Shown one piece after another: positions 36,891 through 49,991 of a stretch of 64,000 nt of DNA. The stretch lies in NCBI RefSeq assembly GCF_963921235.1, contig NC_086108.1, forward strand, positions 108,688,001 to 108,752,000, written 5' to 3'. The notes beneath the pieces are model-generated. The model searched no databases, was not told the DNA's origin, and saw only the letters and a list, made by a program, of their open reading frames with translations. The first letter of the stretch is position 1. Every line of letters begins with the position of its first letter. Source of the DNA: Mobula hypostoma. Its lineage: Eukaryota. A program made the position numbers and the translations under genes.

Positions 36891-37549
36891 GGTGCCGAAT
36901 TAACCTAAACAGTTTGGCTTGGACATGCTCCACGTCTCTCCATTGTGTACCTAATGATGATCCCCTCAAATGTCTCCATCGCATCTGCCTCCACCAACAC
37001 CCCTTCACCACATTCCAGGCACCTACGTCTATCTGCTTAGAAGACCTGTCCTGTACATCTTCTTTGAACATACCCCTTCATACCTTAATTCCTTTCCCTT
37101 AGGATTAGGCATTTTCACTCTGGAAAAAAGATATGTTCATCTTTGCAAACACGAAAATTTCTGCAGATGCTGGAAATCCAGAGCAACACACACAAAATGC
37201 TGGAGGAACTCAGCAGGCCAGGCAGCATCTATGGAAAAGAGTAAACAGTTGATAATTCAGACTGAGTCCGAGTCTTGATGAAAGGCTTATAGCTGTTGCC
37301 TGGCCTGCTGAGTTCCTCCAGCATTTTGTGTGTGTTCATCTTTGTCTCTCGTTATTTTGTAAACTTTCATCAGGTCACCCAGGGCCTCCACCACCCAACA
37401 GAAAACAATCCATGCTTGTAAGGTCTCCCCTGGGCCTCCACCACTCCATAGAAAACAATCCATGCTTGCCTCCTAGCTCTTGCGTTTTAGTCCTAGTAGC
37501 ATCCCGGTGCACCTCTTCTAGTCCCTCTCCAAAGCCTCCACATCCTCCC

Positions 37550-37925
37550 TATAATGTTGAAAGACTTCAACAGAGTGGATGTAGAAAGGATGTTTCCTGT
37601 GGTGGGGGAGTCTAAAACCAGAGGACACAGCCTCAGGATAGAGGGACCTCCACTTAATGCATCTCCTGGAGATGAGGCGGAATTTCTTTCACCAGAGGGT
37701 AATGAATCTGTGGAATTCATTGCCTCAGATTGCTGTGGAGGCCAAGTATTTGGGTATATTTAAGATAGACGTTGATAGGTTCCTGATTGGTCAGGACATG
37801 AAGGGATGTGGGGGGAAGGCAGGAGATTGGGGCTGAGAGGGAAATGGGTCAACCATGATGAAGTGGTGGAGCAGACTCGATGAGCCAGTTGGCTTAATTC
37901 TGCTCCCTTATCTTATGGTCTTATA
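37550..37925 (+). mobile_element. CR1 3' fragment
   Basis: RVDVERMFPVVGESKTRGHSLRIEG. Confidence 0.85.
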
Positions 37926-38489
37926 ATGACAATAGAAGCATATGACATAGGAGCAACATTATGCTTTGGCTGATGGAGTCTGTTCCTCCTTTTGATTATT
38001 GTTGATTTATAATCCCTCTCAACCCCATTTTCCTGTATTCGCTCTGTAACCTTTGACATCCTGGGTAATCCACAACAATATCAAGTCAAGTCAAGTCAAG
38101 TCAAGTTTATTGTCATTTCGACCATAAGCTGCTGGTACAGTACACAGTAAAAATGTAACAACGTTCCTCCAGGATCCTGGTGCTACATGAAACAACACAA
38201 AACTACACTAGACTATGTGAGACAGCACAAGGCTACACCAGACTACGTAAAACAACATAAAAACTACACTAGAGTACAGACCTGCACAGGACTACATAAA
38301 GTGACTTGTCACCCAGTGACTTGTCTTCCCAGCTGTCTGTGGCAATGAATTCCACAAATTGACCTTCTTGGGTGACTTGAACTGAATGCAGTTCTCCAGA
38401 TGTGGCTGAACTGTTTTTTTTATAAAGCTGCAATGTAACTTCCAGACTCTTGAACTAAATGCTTTTACTAATCAAGGCAAGAGTATCAT

Positions 38490-38910
38490 AAACACCAGCC
38501 TCCTCAGCACCGAGGATATCTTCAAAAGACAATACCTCAAAAAAGCAGCACCAACATATGGATTTCCATCACCCAGGACATGACCTCGTCTCATTGCTAC
38601 CATCAAGAAGGAGGTACAGGAGCCTAAAGACACATACTCAACATTTTAGGAACAGCTTCTTCCTCTCTGCCATCAAATTTCTGAATGGACAATGAACTCA
38701 TGTACACTACCTCACTATTTTTTTCTTTTCCTTGCTCTCTTAGGCACACGTATATATAGCTATGTTGCATTAGACTTTTGCACAGTACTGTATATATGTA
38801 TTATTGTAATTATTGTTATTTAACCATGTATTGCATTGTACTGCCACTGTAAAACAACATATTTCACGACAAATGTCAGTGATGTTAAACTTGATTCTGA
38901 TCCTGATTCT
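38490..38910 (+). mobile_element. Rex1/Babar-like 3' fragment
   Basis: Colinear with 17050-17880; (CTGATT)-type tail. Confidence 0.7.
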
Positions 38911-39129
38911 GACCCCATCAACCTGTGCAGCCATTTTCAGGGTGCTATAGGCTTACTGTATATTCTTGTGCTGTGGGATTGGGGTAGTGTGTAGTTCAGA
39001 CTAGGAAAGGGCAGCATATTGCCTTTCTTGCGTAATGATTCTTTCGAGAATCACTTGATTCTGGCATGACTAGCCAATAATATAAAGCAGGTTACCAGCA
39101 GTTTTGTCAGTTATATAAAGAGTAAAAAG

Positions 39130-40105
39130 GAGGTGTTCCTCAGGGGTCAGTACTAGGACTGCTGCTTTTCATATTGTTTGTCAGTGATTTAGATAGTGGG
39201 ATTGATGGCTTTGTGACAATGTTTGCGGATGATACGAAGATAGGTGGAGGGGTAGGTAGTGCTAAGGAAGCAATGCGATTGCAGCAGGTCAAATTGGAAG
39301 AATGGCCAAAAATGTGGCAGATGTGGCAGTGTTAGGAAATGTATGATAATGCATTTTGGTAAAAGAAACAATAGTGCAGGCTATTATTTAATGGGGAGAA
39401 TGTTCAAACATTTAAGTGCAAAAGGACTTCGGAGTCCTCGTGCAAGACTTTCAGAAGGTTAATTTACAGGTTAAGTCTGTGGGGAAGAAGGCAAATGCAA
39501 TGTTGGTATTTATTTCAAGGGGAATAGAATATAAAAGCAAGGAGATAATGCTGAGGCTTTATAAGACACTAGTCAGGCTGCACTTGGAGTATTGTCAACA
39601 GTTTTGGGCCCCATATCTCAGAAAGGATGTGTTGTCATTGGAGAGAGTCCAGAGGAGGTTCATGAAGTTGATGCCAGGAATGAAGAGGTTAACATATGAG
39701 GAGTGTTTGGCAGTTTTGGGCCTGTACTCACTGGAATTTAGGGGGGATCTCATTGTAACCTACCGAATGTTGAAATGACTAGATATGGTGGATGTGGAGA
39801 GAATGTTTCCTATGGAGGGGATATACAGAACTAGAGGGAACAGCCTCAAAACTGAGGGCAACCTTTTAGACTAGAGGTAAGGAGGAATTATTTAGCCACA
39901 GAGTAGTGAATCTGTGGAATGCTCTGCCACAGACTGCAGTGCCGTGCATATATTTAAGGCAGAAGTCGATAGTTTCCTGATCAGTCAGGGCATCAAAGGA
40001 TATGGCAAGATGTATGGGTTGAACCATGATGGAATGGTGGAGCTGACTCGATGGGCTGAATGGCCTAATTCTGCTCCTATGTCTTATGGTCTAATGGTCT
40101 TATGA
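39130..40105 (+). mobile_element. CR1 3' fragment
   Basis: GTGTTCCTCAGGGGTCAGT (GVPQGSV), TTTGCGGATGAT (FADD), ORF 39416-39778. Confidence 0.9.
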
Positions 40106-41532
40106 TGGGCCAAAGGGAAAATACTACAGATGCTGGAAATCTGAAATAAATACGTTATGTGTTGGAAACATCCAGCAGACAAAGCAGCATCTGCGGGAGA
40201 GAGAAAGGCAACAATGGCCTCTCATTCTCTCATAGTCTAACTCGTTATGATCTTGCACTTCACTGAAAGCACTAGATTACAATAAGAATGATCAGCTTTA
40301 TTTGTCACATGTACATTAAAACATGGAGTGGTGAAGTGTGACATTTGCATCAAAACAAGTTAGTGAGGGTAGTGCTGGGCAGCCCGAGAGTTGTGTCACA
40401 CTTGCGGTGTCAACGTAACATGCCTACAACTCACCGATACTAATTGCTTGTCTTTGGAATATGGTGGAAACCTGAGCACCCGGAGGAAACTCACAAGGTC
40501 ACAACAAGACCGTACAACCTCCTTACAAACAGCAGTGGAAAGTTTACCTGCACTGCAACTTTTCAGTAGTTTTTGTTCTGCTTTATTATTGTTTTACCTT
40601 GTTTTACTTCATCACACTGAGCAACGATTTGATCTGTACGACCAGTATGTGAGACAAGCTTTTCCCTCTATCTCGGTACATGTGACAACAATAAACCAAT
40701 TCTTATACAAATGGCTTTGCGTAAACACTTAATAAACTGAGCCTTGTAGCTTTTCACAACGATCTAAAAATATTCCAAGGTCATTACGCTGCAGTTCGCG
40801 TTTTCATTCCTCAAAGTTATATCATGAAATTTAAATTTCCCAGCCTCAGTCATTAGATTTTAACTCCCTTCTTCACGTCATACATGCTAGACCGAAGGTC
40901 AGTAACAGCTTCACTGTGCTACCAAAAAAAAAATTGGATTGCAGTGTCCCAGTGCGCAGAGGGCGGTCACAATGTGTTCTGATCTATTTGGCACAATTAA
41001 TGCCTGTGCGCCTGATGTATCCCACTGCAACCTCAATTGGCGTGGTAATATAGTGGCTCTGTCCCTGGACTCACAGCCAGAGTTGTGAACCACTGATCTG
41101 GAGACAACTGTGGACTGGCTGCAGTATTGACCTTGTTCCACGTCTGTCAACTAACTTTCCAAGAGTCTGCGGCTTCATGTTCTGTGTTTTGTTTGTTCAC
41201 TTTTTAAAATTGTTTGTAGGATTTGTTCTATTTCTGCACATTGGACGTTTGATGGTCTTTGTGCTGTGTGGTTTTTTTTGTGGGTTCTATTATGTTTCTT
41301 TGTTTTGTGGCTGCCTGGAAGAAGATGAATCACAAGGTTGTATATAGTATACATACATTGATAATAAATGTACTTTGATCTTTGGGTTGAGATCCCACCC
41401 TGGCAGCCGGGAAACTTAATTCAAAGCAATTAACTAAATGTGTAATTAAAGGTGGTTGCGATAAATGTGACTGTGAAATCTCTGGCTTAGAACATGGAAC
41501 AGTACAGCACAGGAACGGGACCTTCAGCCCAC

Positions 41533-41912
41533 TATCATCATCATTACGTGCCGTGAAGTACGACACGCGTGCTCACGATCTTCCATCTGCCTTTAGTCTG
41601 AGAAGTTCTAATAAGCCCTTCAAAACACTTGCCTGTCCACCCCTTGATGTACCTCATGAATGTCATGCGCTGTCAACTGCAACTTTTTCTTCCATCAATT
41701 TCTTCCGTCACTGCAAGATGTTCGAACTTCTCTTTCCTCAGTACATGTCTCTGAAATTCCAGCTGCCGTGTCCTGAGTGACGATATCAGCTCTCTCCTTA
41801 TTCCGGCTTTCCGCAACACTTCCTCATTTGTTACTCTGCCCCTGCACGATATTTCCATCACTCTTCTCACATTTTTGCAGCTTCGCGTCTTCCCTCAATT
41901 TGTCTGATATCG
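41533..41912 (-). mobile_element. RTE-clade LINE 3' fragment
   Basis: RRVMEIS..VTNEEVLRKAG..RTRQLEF..HVLRKEKFEHLAVT..IDGRK is a typical RTE/BovB C-terminus; (GAT)n tail. Confidence 0.8.
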
Positions 41913-42334
41913 TCAAACATTTATTTCCATAAGTTGTCGGTGTGGAATCAACGCAGAATCACAACACTCTTGAATTTCATACCCAGAGAAATTATGTTTT
42001 TCACCTTCTTTCATTTGATTGTGCTTCTTTGTATTTAATGTGAATGGCTGCAAGACCTCAGGGTAGTATGTGTGACATATGTGTACTTTGATCATAAATT
42101 TACTTTGAACTTTGAACTTTGAGTTAGACCTATTAGCACTTAAAATAATTGCAAAGTGGGTACAGCATCACATACCCCACCCCCGCCGATCATATTTCAT
42201 GAGTGCCTTGAGAACTGTATGGGGCCCTCATCCAGAGTCTTGTCGTTCTCATCTGCAAGTCCAGGGTCCACACCGATGATTGAAACCTGGAGGGTTGATT
42301 GGAAGTCCAGAAGTCGAGGACTAATGGCCAGGGT

Positions 42335-42935
42335 CCCAAGTCTTCGAATCTCTGCGAGTCCGCTGGGGAAGTTGGGGCTCTGATTCTGTGAATGTCTGTG
42401 AGTCCCCTGGGGAAGTCGGGGAGCTGGGTCTGTGAATGTCTGCGAGTTTCCTGGGGAAGTCAGGGCACTGGGTCTGTGAATGTCTGTGAGTCCCCTGGGG
42501 AAGTCGGGGACTTGAGTCTGTGAATTTCTGCGAGTTTCCTGGGGAAGTTGGGGCCCTGAGTCTGTGAATGTCTGTGAGTTCCCTGGGGAAGTTGGGGCCC
42601 TGAGTCTGTGAATGTCTGTGAGTGTTCCTGGGGAAATTGGGGCCCTGTGTCTGTGAATGTCTGTGACTGTTCCTGGGGAAGTTGGGGCCCTGAGTCTGTG
42701 AATGTCTGTGAGTTCCCTGGGGAAGTTGGGGCCCTGAGTCTGTGAATGTCTGTGAGTTCCCTGGGGAAATTGGGGCCCTGAGTCTGTGAATGTCTGTGAG
42801 TTCCCTGGGGAAATTGGGGCTTCGAGTTTGCAAATCTCTGTGCCTCTGCTGGGGAATTCAAGGCTCCGATTCTGCGAATGCCTGTGAGTCCCCTGGGGAA
42901 GTAGGTGCCCCGAGACTGTGAAGGTCTGTGTGTTC
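42335..42935 (+). repeat. 44-bp minisatellite, about 13 units
   Basis: Unit CTGTGAATGTCTGTGAGTTCCCTGGGGAAGTTGGGGCCCTGAGT; GGGGAA recurs at 42365, 42409, 42453, 42497, 42541, 42585, 42630, 42675, 42719, 42763, 42807, 42851, 42895. Confidence 0.95.
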
Positions 42936-43798
42936 ACTGGAGGCCGGAGGCCACAGTACGTGGCCTGTCCTGAGGTTAGATGACTGTGTATGTGCATGTT
43001 TGGGTGGGTGGCTGGGAGAGAGCAAGGGTGGGTCAGGATTTGTTTTGCTGTCGGTTGCTTCTTTGCTTGGTATGTTCTGTTTTATTGTGTTCTGCCGACC
43101 AATATGCTATGTTGACAACAGAATGTGTGGTGACACTTGTGGGATGCCCCAGCACATCCTCAGGTGTGTTGGCTGTTAACACGAAAGGTGCATTTCACTG
43201 TACATTCAAGGAATCTGAATCTGAACCAGCAGGCTGGTACCTGCTACAGTGTATCAGCAATCTTGTCTGTTGTCTCCTGCACTTCGGTTAATACTGTTAC
43301 AACTTTGTTAATTCCTCTGGTTCATGTTATGCCCTACCACCGAACAACATTATCACTGAACTCTCATCAGCTGTGGGTAATGAATGAGGCAGCCTGCACA
43401 GTGTAGTTGGCAGTGATGGAAATTCGCCTGTTAAAGTGGGAAAAAAATCGACGCCGTTATTTTACAATCAAAGAGATGATCTAAGAAAAAGATGCTCGGT
43501 ACATCTGAATCTGTTGGGTTTGGCGAACGATCTCGAGCCCAGGGTTTCAGTTATTACAATACTGAAGGAAACTATTTGGCGCCCAGCTAGCTCCCAGGAC
43601 AGTAGTCCTGTCTGTCCCATTTGTGATTGGAATTGCAATTGGTTCATTATCATCACGGGTACTGAGATACAGTGAAAAGTTTGTCTTGCTTACTGTTTAT
43701 ACAGATTAGATCAAAACAATAGTAATGCAGAATAAAGTGTAACAGCAGATGCTGTTACAGCTCAGGGCATTAGAGTTTGGAGTTCAAACCTGGAGTTT

Positions 43799-44240
43799 AT
43801 AAGACATAGGAGCAGAATTAGGCCATCTGGCCCATCGAGTGTGCTCCGTCATTTAATCATGGCTAATCTTTTTTTTTCCTCCTCCTCAACTTCACTTCCC
43901 AGCCTTCTCCCCGTAACCTTTGATGCCATATCCAATCAAGAACCTATCAATCTTTGCCTTAAATACACCCAACAACCTGGCCGCCACAGCTGCATGTGGC
44001 AACAAATTCCACACCCTCTGCCTAAGGAAATTTCTCCGCATCTCTGTTTTGAATGGACGCCTCTCTATCCTGAGGGTGTGCCCTCTTGTCCTAGACTCTC
44101 CCACCATGGGAAACATCCCTTCCACATCTACTCTGTCTGGGCCTTTCAACATTCGAAAGGTTTCAATGAGATCCCTCCTCATCCTTCCAAATTCTAGCGA
44201 GTACAGACCCAGAGCCATCAAACGTTCCTCATATGATAAC
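43799..44240 (-). mobile_element. CR1 3' fragment nested in a V-SINE
   Basis: ORF 43892-44320; V-SINE sequence on both sides (about 43750-43797 and 44241-44400). Confidence 0.85.
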
Positions 44241-44639
44241 AGTTCCTCTGTAAGGAGTCCCTGTAGTCCTCCCGGTGGAATGCATGGGTTTTCTCTGGGT
44301 GCTCTTGTTTCCTCCCACAATCCAAAGATGGATGGGGAGGTTAATTAGTCACTGAAAATGGTCCCGTAATTAGGTTAGGGTTAAATTGTGGTATTCTGGG
44401 GATGATGCCTCAAGAGAAAGGTTGATTAGGACTTAACTCCCTGGAGCACAGAAGAATAGGAGGATATTTGATTGAGGTATCCAAAATTGTGTTGGGTATA
44501 GATAGGGTAAACGCAAGCAGGCTTTTTCCACTGAGGTTGGATGAGACGACAACTAGAGGTCATGTATTAAGGGTGAAAGGTGAAATGTTTAAGGTAACAT
44601 GAGGGAGAACATCTTCACTCAGCGGAAGTAGTGGATGTT

Positions 44640-44982
44640 CAAAGGGTCAAAGGTACAATTTACTGTCAGAGAAATGTATACAATACACATCCTGAAATGC
44701 CTTCTCTTTGCAAACATCCACAAAAACAGAGAAGTGCCCCAAAGAATGAATGACAGTTAAACATAAGAACCCCAAAGTCCCCCCAGCTCCCCCCTCCCTC
44801 ACATAAGCGGTAGCAAGCAACAACCCCCAAATGACAAAAACAAAGCAAGCATCGTCACTGAGCACTCAAGCGTGAGCAAAGCAACAGCAAAGACACAGAC
44901 TTGCAGTTACCCCAAAGACTTCGCGTTTCACCCGGCATTCGACATATCACAGGTTCTCTCTCTCCCCAATAAGGGAGAAATG
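44640..44982 (-). repeat. Dispersed repeat related to 103-500, inserted in a CR1 fragment
   Basis: Direct sequence similarity; CR1 3' sequence at 44410-44635 resumes near 44985. Confidence 0.65.
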
Positions 44983-45663
44983 GGGGTTCAATTTCAACTT
45001 TTAAGAGAAATTTGGATAGGTACATGGATGGGAGGGGTCTCTGTGGTACGCATGGGTTTTCTCCGGGCCCTCCCATGATTAGATTAGGGTTAAATTCAGG
45101 TTGTAGGAAGTCGCTGGGTGGCGCAGCTCGAAGGACCAGAAAGGGCTGCTCCATGCTGTATCTCTAAATAAAAAAATGAAGATTGAAATTTCTCCTCATT
45201 TCCATTCTAAAGAATCACCCTTGCGTTCTGCGGCTGTGCCCTCTGGTCCTAGACTCCCCACGCTTTCAGAAACATCCCTCTTCCACGATAGGAAATGCCC
45301 AACGAGCCAAACTGACATCATTGTCTTGATGTTAGCAACTGGAGAACTTACCCTGCACGAATAATGTCAGACTGCGCCGGACACTAATGCACCATTAGCA
45401 TTTCTTTTGGTCCAATTAATTAAGCTAATGTAATTCAGAAAACTAATACAAGTGGTGAATTTTGTACCAATGAAAATTCATCCCAGTGGCATAAGGCCAG
45501 AATCTCTGGCTATTAAAGCATTCATTGAACAGCATACTAATCCTACAGCAGGCAAAGTCTATTATTATTAAAAATTTAATGGGGTGCTGAATATTTTAGC
45601 AGGCATAGTAAGTATTTCATGGTTTGTTTGTGATTTATCTGATATTACTGGAATTATATATAC

Positions 45664-45945
45664 GGGCGCCACAGTAGCATAGTGGTTAGTGTGACGCTAT
45701 TACAGCTCGGGGCGTTGGAGTTTGCAGTTCAATTCCGGTGTTCTCTGTCAGCAGGTTTTAATGTTCTATATTCATGTGGGTTTCCTCCAGGTGCTCCAGC
45801 TTCCTCCCGTAGTCCAGTGACGCACCGTTTAGGAGGTTAAATTGGTTTTTGTAAGTAGTACTGTGATTAGGCTAGTGTGGGATGCTGGATGGTGCAGCTG
45901 ATTCGGCGAAAAGGGCCCGTTCTGCGCTGTATTTCTAAGTAAATT
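45664..45945 (+). mobile_element. V-SINE (HE1-like), full length
   Basis: A box TAGCATAGTGG, B box GTTCAATTCC, V-domain GTGGGTTTCCTCCAGGTGCTCCAGCTTCCTCCC, CR1-like 3' tail. Confidence 0.85.
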
Positions 45946-46549
45946 ATTAGACATAAAAAATTTTGTTTTTTAGTTGACTATCTTGCCCAAATTATTTACT
46001 TGGGCCCTTAGCTCCAAATAGCACATAGGCCATCAATAACCACCCATCTGCATCGTCCTCTGAAGTCGATGGTATGGTTGGAGTTCATCAATGTTTCTGC
46101 AATCTATCGTATCCACTGTACACGGGGTTGGCCTGTACAGCTTCACCAGAGCCTTGTTGGCTGGCCTTACCTGTTTCCAACTCTCTCGATAGGGACATGG
46201 GGTTGAACCTTGTCCAAACCCACTGTCCTTTCATTTCTGGACACTTCAGATTCCTGGGATCAATTTGTCCATCCATTGATGTCCGTTCCATCAGCTTGCT
46301 AAGTATTAAATCTCAAGTTCCCATCAGGAATTTCTCTGCTTTTCAGATGCAATTTTAAACTGATGAATATGGCCAACTTTAGAGCTGACGGTCTTAATAC
46401 CTATTGATCTGGTGTTGCCAATGTTTTATTATGTTAAAAATATCATGAATATATGGTTTTGCTGATTATTTGTGTTTGTTCTGTCTCTTGGGACAATTGA
46501 AAGTGGTGAATTTGAACCAAATTAAATCACTATTAATTATCTCAGTTTA

Positions 46550-47260
46550 AAGTTCAAAATTTAAAGCACAATGTAAATTTGTTATGAAGTACAGATATGT
46601 TACCATATACCACCCCTGAGATCCATTAGTTTTATTTATTTATTGGAGATACAGAGCAGAAAAGGCCCTTTTGGCCCTTCAAGCTGCAGCACCCAGCAAT
46701 CCCTTTGATTTAATCCCAACCTAATCACAGGACAATTTACAATGACTAATTAACCAACCAGCCAGTATGTCTTTGCATTGTGGGAGGAAACTAGAGCACC
46801 CAGAGGAAACACACACGGTCATAAGTAGAACATATAAACTGCTTACAGAAAACGAACCTAGGTCACTGGTACTGTAAAGCATTGTGCTGACCACTACACT
46901 GCCACGCCACCCCATTTCCTTGTGGGCATTCACAATAAATACAAAGAAACACAGTAGAATGAGAAACTGCACACAGCAAAGACTGACAAACAATCGATGT
47001 GCAAACTGCAAATACAAAAAGAAAATAACAATAAAAAATGAATAACCAATAAATATCGAGAACAAGTGTTGAAGTGTCCTTGAACGTGAATCCAGAGGTT
47101 GTGGGAAAAGCTTAGTGTTGGGGTAAGTGAAGTCATCCCCTCTGGTTCAAGAACCTGATTTGAGGTTCTTGTACCTTCTTCCTAATGGCAGCATCGAGAA
47201 GAGAGCATGTCCTGGGTGGTGGGGGTCCTTGATGATGGATGATGCTTTCCTGCAACTGCA
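46550..47260 (-). mobile_element. Rex1/Babar-like 3' fragment with nested V-SINE (about 46632-46910)
   Basis: GGGGGTCCTTGATGATGGATG (SIIKDP, reverse strand); GGGAGGAAACTAGAGCACCCAGAGGAAAC. Confidence 0.7.
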
Positions 47261-47639
47261 CTGTGGATTCTGTCTGTACTTGTAGCTGCCACACATTGAT
47301 GAACTGTTGTGTAAGGAAGCTAAGTTACGTTAATGTTAGAACAACAAACTGCAAATTGAAAGTTAAAGCTATAGACTCTGTCTAGGCTTTTCGGTGCCTT
47401 AGTAAAAGAGCCAGCATAACCAAAGATCTCAGACGTTCTCTCTTCTTCCATCAGGCAAAAGGTACAAAAGCCTGAAAGAATGAACCATCAGGTTCATGGT
47501 CAGGATCAATCCCGTTGTTATTAAACAATTGAACAGACCACCCTTATGAAAAGATGCACTCTGGACCTCAAAATCTACCTTATTATGATCTTGTGCCCCA
47601 TTTTTCTGTAGCTCTTGCACTCCATTTTGCATTGTTATT

Positions 47640-47925
47640 GGGGTGGCACAGGAGCGTAGCAGTTAGTGTAACGCTTTACAGCATCACTGAACCGGGTTTA
47701 ATTCCTGCTGTCTGCAAAGAGATTGTACATTCTCCCCATGGCCACACGGGTTTCCTCCGTGTACTTCAGTTTCCTCCCACAGTCCAAAGTCATACTGGTT
47801 GGTAGGTTAATTGGCCATTGTAAACTGTCCTGTGATTAGGCTAGGATACAACTGGGGCAGATTGCATGACTCAATGGGGGCAGAAAGGCCTATTCTACGC
47901 TGTATCTCAGCAATAAATAAATAAG
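47640..47925 (+). mobile_element. V-SINE (HE1-like), full length
   Basis: tRNA-like head, V-domain GGGTTTCCTCCGTGTACTTCAGTTTCCTCCCACAGTCCAAAG, (AATA)n tail. Confidence 0.85.
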
Positions 47926-47969
47926 ACCTCCTGATCCCTCTGTCCATCTCATTATGGGCCCTTGTACCT

Positions 47970-48995
47970 TATTAAACTCTGGTTAGGCCACACTTGTAGT
48001 ATTGTGTTCACTTCTGGTCACCTCGTCACCGGAATGATGTGGAAGCTTCAGAGAAGTTCAGAGGCTGTCTCTGGGTTGGAGAGCAGGTCTTATGAGGACA
48101 GCTTGAGCAAGTTAGGCCGTTCCTCTTAAAGTGAAGGAGGATGAGAGGTTAATTCATAGCATGTGAAAGATGATAAGAGGCATACAGGGTGAAGGGCCTG
48201 TACTGAGCTGTTATGTTCTATGTATTAGCATGTTCTTTGTGAACAAGCATGGCCAGCATATCTCCTTTAAGCCTTTCCCTTCTCAACTTAAACCTGTGCC
48301 CTCTGGTATGTGATATTTCTGTACTGATTACTGAGAAAAAAGACTGATTTTTTTCACTATCTAGGCCTCACATAATTTTATGTATTTCTGTCAGGTCATC
48401 CATCAGCTTCCGAGGCTCCACAGAAAGTAGTCCAAGTTCGTCCAACTTCTCCCTTTAGCTCATACTCTCCAATCCCTGCAACATGCATTTAAATGTGAGT
48501 TCCAGTCTCACCTAACCTCAGCGGGAAAAGCATGAATGCATTTACCCTATCTATACCTCCATCAAGTCTTCCCTCATTCTTCTATGTTCCAGGGAATGAA
48601 GTCCTAATCTATTCAATCTTTCCCTGTAACCCAGGCTCACAAGTCCCCGCAACCTCCTTGTAAATTTTATCTGTACTTTTTCAGTCTGATTAATATATCT
48701 TCTGTAGGTGGGTGACCAGCCAGAGAGTGGTGAATCTGTGGAATCCATTGCCATAGGTGGGTGTGGAGGCCAGGTCACTGGTTGTATTTAAGGTGGAGGT
48801 TGATAGTCAAGGCATGAGAAGTTACGAGCAGAAGGCAGGAGAGTGGGGTTGAGATGAAAATGGATTTGCCATGGTGAAACGGCACAGCAACCTCGATGGG
48901 CTGAATGGCCTAATTCAGCTCTGATGTCTTATAGTCTTATAGACCAGAACTGCATAAAATATTCCAAATTAGGCCTCACCAATGTCTTCAACTTC
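47970..48995. mobile_element. Nested CR1 3' fragments, both strands
   Basis: Plus 47970-48225; minus 48260-48720 resuming at about 48942; plus insert 48720-48941. Confidence 0.75.
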
Positions 48996-49991
48996 AACAT
49001 ACCATCCCTATATTGTGGATTTAGAGATCTTCTCTGAGATTTATCACCTTGTCAGGGTGGAGAGGCTTGTGAGTTCTTGGGATCCCAAGAGTGAAGCTGT
49101 CTGGAATTTAGCTCCTGGAGGGGTCACCCATGGTGGTAAGGTCAAGGGGGGAGGTTTCAGATAAAGAGTGATCCAACCAAGACCTCAACGGTGGAGCCGG
49201 TGGAAGATGATGACACATCTCAACAGCAGCGAAGGTGGAGAAAGGCCGCAACAGTGAAGGGTCCCCAGTCATCTTCCATTCCATGTCACTGGACCCTGAC
49301 CCTGATCTGTCAAGGACTGTGTGGTGGGTGCCCGTGCACCAGGGGTATCCACCCCAACATTGCGGACTAGAGATTGCAAATAAACCTCTGTCTCACGCCC
49401 GCACCCCGCTAGCCCCCCCCCAGGAATGGAAGCCTTAACATTGCACTTTATAAAGTCTCAGCACAATATTTCTCTAGAGATGGATTCTTCTCCCTCAAAG
49501 CTCATTAAAAATTGACAACATACAAGACTTAAAGTTCAGTTCAAATTCTGCGTAGAACATAGCATTCCCTTCTCGGACAAGGAAGGTAAGCTAATGTCAC
49601 TTGTGTTTTCTCTGACAATGTGCAGTCTATCAATAGGACGGCTACATTTTCCAATCAAATCAAAAATTCTAAATGAGAGTCAAGGTTCAGATCAAAACAA
49701 AGGGCAGATTTTCAATCCAATTGGCCAGTGCAAAGGTTTCACTGACAGACTGACAGAATAACCTTTACGGCAACTTTATGAGCATGGAAGGTTATTGATA
49801 AGATTCCGTGTGCCCACATCTGCACCTCGCAGAGTTTGGTTATGGTTTAGTTTTTAATAACCATGGTGTACACTGAGGAATACGGTTTATTTTATGAGCT
49901 GAATGGATAGTTTGTCCAATCTGTCAGTTATAGTCATTGTTTATTCATTAAAAATATTCCTGTCATGGACGTAACCTGAAAGTAGATTTGG

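Noticed and set aside
41036..41485. Old tRNA-SINE split by an insertion at about 41105-41384
   Set aside because: Suggestive A/B-box remnants, but too decayed to assign or delimit by eye.
42197..42997. Repetitive ORFs or a CRISPR-like array
   Set aside because: Head-to-tail 44-bp units with no unique spacers; the period is not a multiple of 3; eukaryotic context with no cas genes.
49555..49590. Plus-strand 30-nt microexon ending AAG/GTAAGC
   Set aside because: Weak acceptor and no supporting homology; expected by chance.
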